From the NCBI GenBank assembly GCA_965223505.1, contig CBDCWP010000031.1:64001-128000 (forward strand): a stretch of DNA of 64,000 bases. The letters run 5' to 3'. This document shows positions 49,228 through 58,942 of this stretch, one piece after another. The notes beneath the pieces were generated by a model that saw only the letters and a list, made by a program, of their open reading frames with translations, was not told where the DNA came from and did not search any database. Both the position numbers and the translations under genes were made by a program. The stretch's first letter is position 1. Each line of letters begins with the position of its first letter. Source of the stretch: Planctomycetota bacterium (GTDB taxonomy: Bacteria > Planctomycetota > PLA2 > JAEUHO01).

Positions 49228-50739
49228 GTGCCGCGATTCGTCGCCTATCCGATCATCGCGACGCTGCTTGCGTTCGCGTGCCCGATGCTCGCGCTGGACA
49301 CGAGCGCGGAAGAGTCGCAGCGCATCACGTCGAAGGAACGCAAGCAGCGTCTCTCGAAGCTGCGCACGGTCTCCAACAAGTGGTACTTCGAGCGCAAGCG
49401 CTTTCCGATCGAGTGCCCGCGCTGCAAAGGCACCGGCACCGAGACGATCGTCGGTCGCGGCGTGCGGCGGATCAAATGCCGTCAGTGCGACGGCCGGAAG
49501 CTGTGGATCGGGAACAAGTCGTATCGCAAGGTCTACTACGAGATGAAGTCTCCCGCGTTTCAGGCCTTGCCCGGCATCAAAGACACGCTCACGAAGCAGT
49601 TCATCGCCGCGCGCCGGGGCCGGCCGTGGCCGAGCCGATTCAAGCGCTACCGCTTCAAGGGCACGGAGCTGGTGGACGACACGCACGGCATCGCGCGTTG
49701 GGTGCTCGGACACAACAAGCGTCCCACCGAGAGCAAGTGGATCTGGGTGCCGAACGAGCCGGGCGGCAAGAAGGGCCAGTGGTACCTCTACGACCCGCGC
49801 GCCGACGGCCCCTGGCCCGAGCGGTCCCTCGCGCCCGAGCCGCTGCCCGTGTGGCAAGACGTGTCGCAGGACGAGCACAAGGTGCTGCGCGCGGCGATCG
49901 GCAACGCGCGGCTCACCTTCACGTCGTTCGAGTACGCGAGACAGGGCGGCCGCATCCTCGTGCGCTTGAGCGCGACCGAGGACGCCGACGGACGCCCTCC
50001 GGTCGAGCGCGTCGGACCCGACGCCATTCGCCTCGCGCGCTGGGTGCTGACGGCCGACACGCAGTGGCAGGCGCTGCGCTGCGAGTGGCACATTCCGTGG
50101 AAGAACATGAGCGGTCTGATCGAGCTGAAGCCAGCCTGGATCTCGGAGATCACCCGCGAGCGGTTCGAAGAGACGAACTGGCACGCGCTCGACCGCCGCG
50201 CACAGATCGAGCGGTTCCAGTGGCAGAACATTCGTCACGAAGGCTGGGCGCCGTGTCTCGCGGATCCCGAACCGAAGCCCGAGCCCGAGCCCGAGCCGCA
50301 ACCGGAAGCCCGACCCGAGCCCGAGCAACGACCCGAGCCGGAGCCGCGACCCGAGCCCGAGTCGCAGCCCTTCGTCGCGCCCCCGCCGATCGAACCGGAG
50401 AGCGGCGGCGCGGTGCCCGAGCTCTCGAGGTCGCAGCGCAAGAACGCGGAGCAAGCGATCGCGCGGATGCGGGCGCTGTTTCAGGAGGCCACGGACCTCT
50501 ACAACGAGAGCGTGCAGGCCAAGCAGGCCGGTGTCCTCGACCTGTGGCAGGAGAAGATGGCCGAGGCACGCTCGCGGATGGGGGAGCTCACCGACGTCTG
50601 GAACGACGAGATCGTCCTGAAGATGCCCCACAACTGGGACTGGGACGAGGACCAGGTCGCCGACCACTACTTCGGCGAGATCTGGAACGACGTCAACAAG
50701 CTCAAGGCGATTCTGCGCAAGACCGGGCACGCCCGGTAG
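49228..50739 (+). CDS. Secreted hypothetical protein with DnaJ-type Cys motifs, Pro-Glu linker and helical C-terminus
   Basis: SD GGAGGT plus GTG; signal peptide; CPRCKGTG...CRQCDG; (PE)n repeat near 50265-50360. Confidence 0.75.
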   Translation: MPRFVAYPIIATLLAFACPMLALDTSAEESQRITSKERKQRLSKLRTVSNKWYFERKRFPIECPRCKGTGTETIVGRGVRRIKCRQCDGRKLWIGNKSYRKVYYEMKSPAFQALPGIKDTLTKQFIAARRGRPWPSRFKRYRFKGTELVDDTHGIARWVLGHNKRPTESKWIWVPNEPGGKKGQWYLYDPRADGPWPERSLAPEPLPVWQDVSQDEHKVLRAAIGNARLTFTSFEYARQGGRILVRLSATEDADGRPPVERVGPDAIRLARWVLTADTQWQALRCEWHIPWKNMSGLIELKPAWISEITRERFEETNWHALDRRAQIERFQWQNIRHEGWAPCLADPEPKPEPEPEPQPEARPEPEQRPEPEPRPEPESQPFVAPPPIEPESGGAVPELSRSQRKNAEQAIARMRALFQEATDLYNESVQAKQAGVLDLWQEKMAEARSRMGELTDVWNDEIVLKMPHNWDWDEDQVADHYFGEIWNDVNKLKAILRKTGHAR

Positions 50740-50796
50740 ACGAGGGCGCCGAGGGCCACGGGCCAATCTGGCGGGGCGGCCGAATGCCCGTATTCT

Positions 50797-50815
50797 GATC
50801 TTGAGAATCGTTCTC
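50797..50815 (+). promoter_or_regulatory. Fur-box-like operator upstream of feoA
   Basis: GATCTTGAGAATCGTTCTC matches 14/19 of GATAATGATAATCATTATC, directly after a TATTCT -10-like hexamer. Confidence 0.8.
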
Positions 50816-50829
50816 GATTTGGACGCGGC

Positions 50830-51090
50830 ATGAGCGAGCCCAACGGCACCCCCCTCGACGGCGAACGGACCATCGACGACCTCGGCGCGGGCGATGCCTG
50901 CCACGTCGTCTCCATCCAGCGCGGCACGGGCATGCGCCGGCGGCTGATGGAGCTGGGGTTCATTCCCGGCACGCCGTTGCGCCTCGTGCGCCGGGCGCCG
51001 CTCGGCGACCCGATCGAAGTGGAACTGCACGGCGCCCACGTCTCCATGCGTCGCGCAGAAGCGCGCACGGTGATCGTCCGTGGCGCCTGA
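50830..51090 (+). CDS. feoA: Ferrous iron transport protein A
   Basis: RRRLMELGFIPG....VRRAPLGDPIEV...SMRR.EA. Confidence 0.96.
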   Translation: MSEPNGTPLDGERTIDDLGAGDACHVVSIQRGTGMRRRLMELGFIPGTPLRLVRRAPLGDPIEVELHGAHVSMRRAEARTVIVRGA

Positions 51091-53209
51091 GATCGCGGCA
51101 CACACCCTCAACGTCGCGCTGGCGGGCAATCCCAACAGCGGGAAGACGTCCGTCTTCAACGCGTTGACCGGTCTGCGGCACAAGGTCGGCAACTATCCAG
51201 GCGTCACGGTCGAGCACGTCGTCGGGTCGTTCCAGCTCGACGGGCGGGACGCGCTCGTCACGGACCTGCCCGGCGCGTACAGCCTCTCGGCGCGCTCGGA
51301 GGACGAGCGCATCGCGCGGGACGTCTTGCTCGGTCACGAGCCCGGCGTCGCGCGGCCGGACATCCTCGTGATCGTCGTCGACGCGTCCACGCTCGTCCGC
51401 AACCTCTACTTCACGACGCAGCTCTTGGAGACCGGTGTTCCGACGGTCGTCGCGTTGAACATGATCGACGTCGCGGAGAAGGCCGGCCGGCCGGTCGACG
51501 CGCCCGCGCTGGAAGCCGCGCTCGGCGTTCCCGTCGTGCCGGTCATCGCGCGGACCGGGGAGGGCATCGACGACCTGCGCGCCGCGCTGCCGAACGCGCG
51601 CGTCGCGTCGCAGCACATGCAGCTTCCCGACGCGGCGGACGCGGCGATGGACGCCGTCGTCACCGTGCTCGCGTCGGCGGCCATCGTTCCCGGCGGATCG
51701 GAGCGCAGCGAAGCGCTGCGACTCCTGACCGACGCCGACCTCGACGACCCGATCATCGAGCAGGGCGGCGCGCCGCTTCGCGACGCGGTCGTCGCGGGCC
51801 GCGACGCAATGGAAGCGGCCGGCCTCGATCGGGAGGCGCTGGAGGCCGAGCACCGCTATGCGTTCTGCATGGCGGCGGCCAAGGACGTGCTCACCAAGCC
51901 GGTGCAGGAAGGGCCCGGCGCGTCGGAGCGCGCCGACCGCGTTCTCACGCATCCCGTGCTCGGTCCGGTCATCTTCCTCGTGCTCATGGCGCTGATCTTC
52001 CAGGCGGTCTACGAGTGGGCAGGTCCGTTCATGGACCTCATCGAAGAGGGTGTGGGATTGGTCAGCGGCTGGGTCGCCGGCGCGCTCGGCCCCGGCATGC
52101 TCACCGACCTGCTGGTGGGCGGCGTCATCACGGGCATCGGCAACGTCATCATCTTCCTGCCGCAGATCTGCATCCTCTTCCTGCTGTTGACGATTCTCGA
52201 AGACCTCGGGTACCTGGCGCGCGCCGCGTTCCTCATCGATCGTCTGATGAAGGGGTTCGGCTTGCAGGGCAAGGCCTTCGTGCCGCTGATGTCGTCGTTC
52301 GCCTGTGCGATCCCCGGCATCATGGCGGCGCGAACGATCGAGAGTCGGCGCGACCGCATGGTCACGATCCTCGTCGCGCCGTTGATGTCGTGTAGCGCGC
52401 GGTTGCCGGTCTACGCCTTGATGATCGGCGCGTTCATTCCGCCCGCGTATCAGGGTCTGACGCTGCTGGGCATGTACTTGCTCTCGATCGGCGTGGCGCT
52501 CGTCGCCGCGTGGGTCCTACGGAAGACGATGTTCCGCGGCGAGTCGTCGTCGTTCCTGCTCGAGCTGCCGAGCTACAAGCTGCCGACGATCGGTAGCGTC
52601 CTGCGCACCGTCTGGATGCGCGGCAAGGTCTTCGTCAAGGAAGCGGGGACGATCATCCTCGCCATCTCGATCATCCTGTGGGTGCTCGCCTACTTCCCGC
52701 GCAACGAGGCGATCGCCGTCCAGGCCGACATGCGGATCGCGGCCGGAGAGCCGGAGGAAGAAGTCGAGCTCTGGCGGCAGGCCGCACAGAGCGAACAGAG
52801 CTACGCCGGGCGGATGGGCAAGGCGATCGAGCCCGTGATCGAGCCGCTCGGCTTCGACTGGAAGATCGGTGTCGGCCTCGTCGCGTCCTTCGCCGCGCGG
52901 GAGGTGCTCGTCTCGAGCCTCGGCATCGTCTACGGCGTAGGCGAAGCCGACGAGGAGTCGATCCCGCTGCGCGAGCGATTACAGGCCGACACGAAGCCGG
53001 ACGGGAGTCCGTCGTTCACGTGGCTCACGGCTTTGTCGTTGATGGTCTTCTTCGTGCTCGCGAGCCAGTGCATGTCGACGCTGGCGATCGTCAAGCGCGA
53101 GACCAACTCGTGGAGGTGGCCGATCTTCATGTTCACGTACATGACGATCCTGGCCTACGTCGGGAGTCTCATCGTATATCAGGGCGGCCGTGCCCTAGGA
53201 TGGGGCTAG
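51080..53209 (+). CDS. feoB: Ferrous iron transporter B
   Basis: GNPNSGKT, GNYPGVTVE, DLPGAYS, LEDLGYLAR, SCSARLPVY, AAREV. Confidence 0.97.
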   Translation: MAPEIAAHTLNVALAGNPNSGKTSVFNALTGLRHKVGNYPGVTVEHVVGSFQLDGRDALVTDLPGAYSLSARSEDERIARDVLLGHEPGVARPDILVIVVDASTLVRNLYFTTQLLETGVPTVVALNMIDVAEKAGRPVDAPALEAALGVPVVPVIARTGEGIDDLRAALPNARVASQHMQLPDAADAAMDAVVTVLASAAIVPGGSERSEALRLLTDADLDDPIIEQGGAPLRDAVVAGRDAMEAAGLDREALEAEHRYAFCMAAAKDVLTKPVQEGPGASERADRVLTHPVLGPVIFLVLMALIFQAVYEWAGPFMDLIEEGVGLVSGWVAGALGPGMLTDLLVGGVITGIGNVIIFLPQICILFLLLTILEDLGYLARAAFLIDRLMKGFGLQGKAFVPLMSSFACAIPGIMAARTIESRRDRMVTILVAPLMSCSARLPVYALMIGAFIPPAYQGLTLLGMYLLSIGVALVAAWVLRKTMFRGESSSFLLELPSYKLPTIGSVLRTVWMRGKVFVKEAGTIILAISIILWVLAYFPRNEAIAVQADMRIAAGEPEEEVELWRQAAQSEQSYAGRMGKAIEPVIEPLGFDWKIGVGLVASFAAREVLVSSLGIVYGVGEADEESIPLRERLQADTKPDGSPSFTWLTALSLMVFFVLASQCMSTLAIVKRETNSWRWPIFMFTYMTILAYVGSLIVYQGGRALGWG

Positions 53210-53244
53210 GGCGTGATCTCGATGATCCCACGAGGGGAACGAGC

Positions 53245-53394
53245 GTGACCATCCAGGAAGTCCTCGTGTTCGGACTCGTCGCCGCGGCGGTGCTGTACGT
53301 CGGCTACCGTTTCTGGCGTCGGCGCACGAACTGCTGCGGCGAGAAGGAGTGCCCGGCAGCCAAGCGCATGGTGGACAACATCTCACGCTCCTGA
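53245..53394 (+). CDS. FeoB-associated small Cys-rich membrane protein
   Basis: 49 aa: TM helix then RRRTNCCGEKEC; directly after feoB; SD GAGGGG. Confidence 0.75.
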   Translation: MTIQEVLVFGLVAAAVLYVGYRFWRRRTNCCGEKECPAAKRMVDNISRS

Positions 53395-53453
53395 TTTCCC
53401 GCGGACGCCCGCGTAGAATCCCGCCCTCTCTCTCTCCCGGGGGGTGTATTCGG

Positions 53454-55587
53454 ATGCGACGTTCGATGCGAAGTGCCGTTGGTCTCCTCTGCCTGGCCGT
53501 CCTGTGCGCGATGGGCGCCGCGCCCGTCCATGCGGAAGAGGTGGATCCCGCCTTCGGTTGGCCGCTCGCGGCATGGAAGCAGCAGCGCAAGCTGGAGGAA
53601 TCGCTGCTGTCCGGCCCGCCGGCCGCCGCGCTGCGAACGTGGCACGACCGGTTCTGCGCGCGCCCGCATCCCGCCGGCACCAAGCAGGACCAGTGGATGA
53701 TCAACGAGCTCGAAGGGGCGTTCGAAGACATCGGCGTGAAGGTCGAGCGGCACGACTTCTGGCCGTACCTGCCGCAGTTCGTCAGCGCCGAGGCGCTGGC
53801 CGTCGACGACGGCACGCCGATCGCGCTGCGCATCAAGGAAGCGCCGCTACCGGAGGACGAGTACACGACCCACCCGGAGCTGTTGCCCGGCTGGAACGGC
53901 TACAGCGGCTCCGGAGACGTGATGGGTGAGGTCGTCTACGCCAACTACGGAACGAAGGCGGACTTCGAGCAGCTCGCGAAGCTCGGTGTCTCTTGCGCCG
54001 GCAAGGTCGTCATCGCGCGCTACGGCAAGAACTACCGCGGCTACAAGGCCAAGTTCGCGGAAGCCGCAGGCGCGATCGGCCTCGTCATGTACACGGACCC
54101 GGCCGACAGCGGGTGGGGGCGCGGGATCATGTATCCCGAGGGCGGCTGGGCGCACGAGTCGTCGATTCAGCGCGGCTCGATCAAGACGCTCGCGTATCCC
54201 GGCGACCCGCTCACCCCGTTCGAGCCGGCCACCAAGGACGCGAAGCGGCTCGATCCGGACGGCGTGCCGCTGCCCCGGATTCCCGTGCAGCCGATGGGGT
54301 GGCGCGCCGCGCAGGAAATCATCGGGCGCATGCGCGGCGAGGCGGTGCCGAAGGGCTGGCAAGGTGGACTGCCCTACGCCTATCGACTGACCGGCGGTTC
54401 GAAGCTGCAGGTGCGGTTGCGAATCGAGCAGAAGCGCGCCGTGACGCAGACATCGAACGTGCTCGGTGTCATTCGTGGCGCGAAGCACCCCGCGCAGAAG
54501 ATCATCGTGGGCTGCCACTTCGACGCGTGGACGTTCGGCGCCGGTGATCCGCACGCCGGGACCATCGTGCTCTACGCGGTTGCCCAGGCGTTCGCGCAGG
54601 CGGCTCGCAGCGGGTCACCGCCCGACCGGACGTTGGTGTTCGCCAACTGGGGCGCGGAGGAGATGGGGATCATCGGCTCGACCGAGTGGTGCGAGGCGAA
54701 CCGTGACGACCTGCTGGCGAACGGCGTCGCCTACATCAACCTCGACATGGCGGCGATGGGGACGAAGTTTCGTTGCAGCGCCGATCCGTTGCTTCAGGAG
54801 GTCGTGACCGCGGCGACGATGCTCGTGACGCAGGCCGGCGCCGACAAGAGCGTTCACGCGGCGTGGACCGCGGACACGGGCGGCAAACCGAAGTTCGGGG
54901 TGCTCGGCGGCGGCTCCGACCACGTCGGCTTCGTTTGCCATCTCGGCATTCCGTCGATGGCCTTGGGCGCCGGCGGTTCGCAGGGGGTGTCGTACCACTC
55001 CGGACACGACAACCTCACGTGGTACCGCAAGGTCGTCGGCGACGACTACGCCGGCGCGCAGATGCTCGCGCAGGTGTGCAAGATCGTCGTCGCGCGCCTG
55101 GCCAACGCGCCGTTGATTCCCTACGGCCTCGGCGCCTACGGCGGCGCAGCCAACGAACACCTCGACGCGCTCGAGGCGCGCGCGAAGGAGCTCGAGTTCG
55201 CTGCGACGTTCCAGGACCTGCGTGAGGCGTTCGCGACCCACGCGTCATCGGGCGAGCGGGTGAAGACACTCTTGCGCGGCGCGGCGGGCCGGGGGGGATC
55301 TGACCGACGAACAGCTGCAGGCCGTGAACAAGGAGCTCGTCTCGGTTCCGCGAGCGTGGCTCGACCGCAGCGGCCTGCCCGGCCGACCCTGGTATCGCAG
55401 TCTGTTTGCGGCGACCGACCCGAACTCCGGCTACGCGGCGTGGATGCTGCCACTGCTGCGGGAATGCGTCGAGCTGAAGCGCAACGCCATGTTGACGCAC
55501 AGCCGTGACCGCTACGGGACGGCGCTCTACCGACTCCAGAAGTCGATCGACGCGTTGTCCGCGCTGGTTCCCGCCGAGAACCGCTAG
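53454..55587 (+). CDS. M28 peptidase, glutamate carboxypeptidase II / transferrin-receptor-like, with apparent frameshift at G7 tract 55291-55297
   Basis: PH.AG, PA domain (YANYG, IARYG..YRG.K), GCHFDAW..GA.DP..GT, WGAEE.G.IGSTEW, GGGSDH, YHS..D; the dimerisation-domain motif GLPGRPWYR lies in the next frame. Confidence 0.88.
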
Positions 55588-55605
55588 CGCGCGGTCGCCG
55601 TCTCC

Positions 55606-55905
55606 TCACCGCCGAATCGTCCTGCCAGCTCGCGCGTTCGCAGGATCGGTGACGTACAGATTCGCCATCGGCGGGCTCGCGTTCGCTCGCTCGATGGCGC
55701 CGAGCACGAAGGCGAGGTCCAGCTGCACGCCGTCGGAGCGAACCGACTCGTCGAAGACGTGTTCGAGCGCCTGGCGCGTCAGCACGCGCGCGGCGTCGAG
55801 CTCCGCCGGCTGGGGTTCGGCGTACGGGTCATGGCGGGTCCAGTCGGCGACCTGCGCGAGCCGGTTCGTCAGCGCTCCAACCCGTTCGTCCAGTCGCGCG
55901 CTCAT
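55606..55905 (-). CDS. Hypothetical protein
   Basis: 99-aa ORF with SD GGAGA, helical; no recognised motif. Confidence 0.5.
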   Translation of the reverse strand: MSARLDERVGALTNRLAQVADWTRHDPYAEPQPAELDAARVLTRQALEHVFDESVRSDGVQLDLAFVLGAIERANASPPMANLYVTDPANARAGRTIRR

Positions 55906-55984
55906 GACGCTTCCATCTCCCCGCCAAAAGAGCGGTCTTACGAAGTGGGACGGATCGCCAGGGGGCGCGGCGTTTCCCGGATCC

Positions 55985-56380
55985 TCACGCCGACGGGCCG
56001 ACGACGCTGCGAATCGCGTCGACGAGGTTGTCAGGCCGAAACGGCTTCATGAGGAACGCGGTCGGATGCGCGTCCGGTAGGCGAGCGCGCGTCTCCTGTT
56101 CGTTCCACCCCGTCGTCAGGATCACTCGCACGCCCCGGTCCATGTCCCGCAGCTTGCGCAGAACGACGTCGCCCGACATCTCCGGCATCGTGACGTCGAG
56201 CAGCACCGCGCCGATGCGATCGCCGCTCTCGCGGAAGATGTCCAACGCGCTGGGACCGTCGGGCGCCGCCAGCACCTGATACCCCGCGTTTTCCAGCATC
56301 ATCGTCACGACGGTGCGCACCGACGCGTTGTCATCGACAACGAGCACCGTGTCTTCAACGTGTCCTTTCGACGCAGCCAC
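55985..56380 (-). CDS. Stand-alone response regulator receiver protein
   Basis: VLVVDD, LLDVTMPEMSG, ILTTG, FLMKPF. Confidence 0.9.
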   Translation of the reverse strand: MAASKGHVEDTVLVVDDNASVRTVVTMMLENAGYQVLAAPDGPSALDIFRESGDRIGAVLLDVTMPEMSGDVVLRKLRDMDRGVRVILTTGWNEQETRARLPDAHPTAFLMKPFRPDNLVDAIRSVVGPSA

Positions 56381-56464
56381 CGCATACCCCCCCCCGATGC
56401 ACGACGACCTTGCGTAGTCTAGTTCAACCGAAGACAGGGCGACGTCATTGCGGAATCTCGAAAT

Positions 56465-56935
56465 TCAATCGTCGAGGGGCAGCGGTGCGGGCGTGAATCC
56501 GTCGTCGTAATGAATGAGCGGCGGCGCACCCGGGGCGTCCGCGGTCAGGTCGGCGCCGTTCGCGACGCGTCGTCCGTGCTCGATCCAGGGCTGAAGCTCC
56601 GACCAGAGCCGGTCCCAACGGACGTGGTCGGTATCGCCGTCGTAGTCGCGCACCTTCTCCGTGGCCTGGGCCATGAGCTTGGCGAACCCGCTCGCGTGAA
56701 ACCCGCGCGAGAGATGCACGAACGCGGCCGCGTACTGGATGAGCCCCTGGATCCAGAGCCGGTTCGCGCCCTCGCTTTCGTGCCAGATCTCCTCCCAGTC
56801 CTCGTGGGCTTCGTAGAACCGCCGGGCGTTGAAGTACGCCACGGCACGATCGAACCGCCCCCGCCGTTCCTCCGCGCTCATGAAGTCGTCGTCGGTGACC
56901 ACGACGGGAGTGTGCCACACCCGGGCGTCCGTCAC
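56465..56935 (-). CDS. DUF309 family protein
   Basis: FN...FYEAHE.WE.IW, QGLIQ.AAA..H. Confidence 0.85.
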   Translation of the reverse strand: MTDARVWHTPVVVTDDDFMSAEERRGRFDRAVAYFNARRFYEAHEDWEEIWHESEGANRLWIQGLIQYAAAFVHLSRGFHASGFAKLMAQATEKVRDYDGDTDHVRWDRLWSELQPWIEHGRRVANGADLTADAPGAPPLIHYDDGFTPAPLPLDD

Positions 56936-56999
56936 CCGAACCGAACCCTCGTTGCTATCCTGCGTTGCATTCCCCGGACCCCACCTCAGGAGTCGATCC

Positions 57000-58256
57000 A
57001 TGCGGCACGCACTGCTGTTCCTTGCGCTGACGGCCTGTTTGCTTCCGGCCTGCGGCGACGACACGACCAACGAACCTGCGAACAAGGGCAACGCCGGCGC
57101 GAGCGCGAACAAGGCGCCCGCCGAAGGCGACGGTGCGACGACGGACGCGGTCACCGCAGCGATGAAGAAGGGCCGCGCGTTCCTGCTCTCCCAAATGAAC
57201 GACAAGGGGGCGGTCGGCGACAGCGCGGCGAAGGTTCCGCCGAATCCCGGCTTCACGGCGCTGGCCGCGGGCGCGATCATCGGCGCCACGCCCCGTGACG
57301 CCGTACGCAACGACGAGGACATCGAGCGGGCGCTGTCGTTCCTGATCGGCTTCCAGCAGGAGAACGGTGCGATCGTCGATGGGTCGGGCAAGGACAACTA
57401 CGTCACGAGCGTCGTCATCGCGGCTCTCGCCGCGTCGCGGATTCCGGACTACGCCAAGCCCATGGCGGCCGCGCGCGACTACATCGTCGGCTCGCAGATC
57501 ACCGGCGACGAAAACGATCTCTCTTTCGGCGGCGTTCCGTACAAGCAGGACGACGGGCAGCCCTCCGACCTGTCGAACCTTCAGTACGCGGCCGAAGCGG
57601 CCAAGGCGGCCGGCCTACCGAAGGATCACGTGTTCTGGAAGAACACGTTGAAGCTGCTCGAGCGCTCGCAGAACAACTCGGAGTACAACACGGTCACGCA
57701 CGAGGTGGAGCACGACGGAGAGACGATCGTCGTCGTGTCGGGCAACGACGGCGGCGCCGGCTACGGCCCGGGCATGACCAAGGCCGATCCGCCCTACGTG
57801 AAGCGTGCCGACGGCAAGTGGGAGGTCAAGAGCTACGGCTCGATGACCTACGCGCTGTTGAAGTGCTACCTGTTCGCGGGTCTCGGCGCCGACGATCCGC
57901 GCGTGAAGGCGGCCGTCAGCTGGATCTCGAACAACTTCACCGTGGATCGCAATCCCGGCTTCGAAGGCGCCGAGGATCCGGCCAAGGCCGGTTGGTCGGG
58001 CTTCTACTACTACCTGCACGCCGCGGCGCGCGCGCTCGGCGAGTACGAGGCGGTCACCGGAAAGCCACTGGTCGTGACGGACGCCAACGGCGTCAAGCAC
58101 GACTGGCGCAAGGAGATCGGCGAGAAGCTCGTCTCGCTGCAGAACGACGACGGCAGCTGGCAAAACGAGAACCCACGCTGGTACGAGGGCATGAAGGTCA
58201 TCTCGACGAGCTACGCCCTGCAGACGCTGGCGTTCGTGCAGAACCGCCTCCCCTGA
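57000..58256 (+). CDS. Prenyltransferase/squalene-oxidase-repeat (alpha/alpha barrel) lipoprotein
   Basis: Lipobox LPAC; QQENGA, D.SN.QYA, NDGGA.Y, SYGSMTYA.LK, QNDDGSW QW-like repeats. Confidence 0.85.
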   Translation: MRHALLFLALTACLLPACGDDTTNEPANKGNAGASANKAPAEGDGATTDAVTAAMKKGRAFLLSQMNDKGAVGDSAAKVPPNPGFTALAAGAIIGATPRDAVRNDEDIERALSFLIGFQQENGAIVDGSGKDNYVTSVVIAALAASRIPDYAKPMAAARDYIVGSQITGDENDLSFGGVPYKQDDGQPSDLSNLQYAAEAAKAAGLPKDHVFWKNTLKLLERSQNNSEYNTVTHEVEHDGETIVVVSGNDGGAGYGPGMTKADPPYVKRADGKWEVKSYGSMTYALLKCYLFAGLGADDPRVKAAVSWISNNFTVDRNPGFEGAEDPAKAGWSGFYYYLHAAARALGEYEAVTGKPLVVTDANGVKHDWRKEIGEKLVSLQNDDGSWQNENPRWYEGMKVISTSYALQTLAFVQNRLP

Positions 58257-58276
58257 CCGTCGAGCTCCACCTGAGG

Positions 58277-58942
58277 ATGCGGTGGCTCTGCACCGCGCTC
58301 GTCCCGCCCTGTGTCGCGCTTGCGATCGCCGGCGGTGCGCCGGACGACGCGCGCGGGCTCTTCCAGGCGCATCTCGGCGCGCTCGTGGCCGTCGCCGCGA
58401 CGTGCGCCTTCGCGGTGCGCGCACGCATCGGGGACGCGGTCGCGCTCGTCGTCGGCGCCGGGCTGTGCGCGGTCGTGCATCTCGCGTGGCGCGGAACCGA
58501 CGGTGCGTTCGCCCTCGCCGTGCTGGTCGCCGGGTCCGGAGCGGCGTCGTCGGGCCTGGCCGCGGTCGGGCGCGCGATCGGTGCGTCCGCGTTGCCGTGC
58601 GGCGCGCTCGGCGCGGCCGTCGTGTGGGCCGCGATGTCGGGCGTCTTCTGGGCGGACGACGTCGCCGCGTCCCTGCCCTACGGCAAGCAGCACGCGTTTC
58701 GGCAGGCCGTGTTGCACGCCGACGCCGCGACCGCCTGTGCGTACGGCGTGGCGCACTTCGACCGCCTGCACGACCCGGTCGTGTACGCCCGTGCCCGCCT
58801 CGCGGAGACGCTCTTGACGCGGCCGGATCCGCTGCCGACGGGTGCGCTTTGGCTCTGTCTTGGCCTGCTCGCGTGGACCGTGGCAGTCTGGCGCGGCGCG
58901 GACCGCGAGGCCGCCGCCACCGACGATGACGAACCAAGCTGA
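58277..58942 (+). CDS. Integral membrane protein of unknown function
   Basis: Several Ala/Gly-rich hydrophobic helices; co-oriented and closely spaced with flanking genes. Confidence 0.6.
   Translation: MRWLCTALVPPCVALAIAGGAPDDARGLFQAHLGALVAVAATCAFAVRARIGDAVALVVGAGLCAVVHLAWRGTDGAFALAVLVAGSGAASSGLAAVGRAIGASALPCGALGAAVVWAAMSGVFWADDVAASLPYGKQHAFRQAVLHADAATACAYGVAHFDRLHDPVVYARARLAETLLTRPDPLPTGALWLCLGLLAWTVAVWRGADREAAATDDDEPS

Noticed and set aside
50265..50360. GAGCCC-type tandem DNA repeat as a non-coding repeat element
   Set aside because: It simply encodes a Pro-Glu linker inside a CDS.
57000..58256. Squalene-hopene cyclase or terpene cluster
   Set aside because: Single-barrel length, lipoprotein signal, no DxDD motif and no hpn genes nearby.
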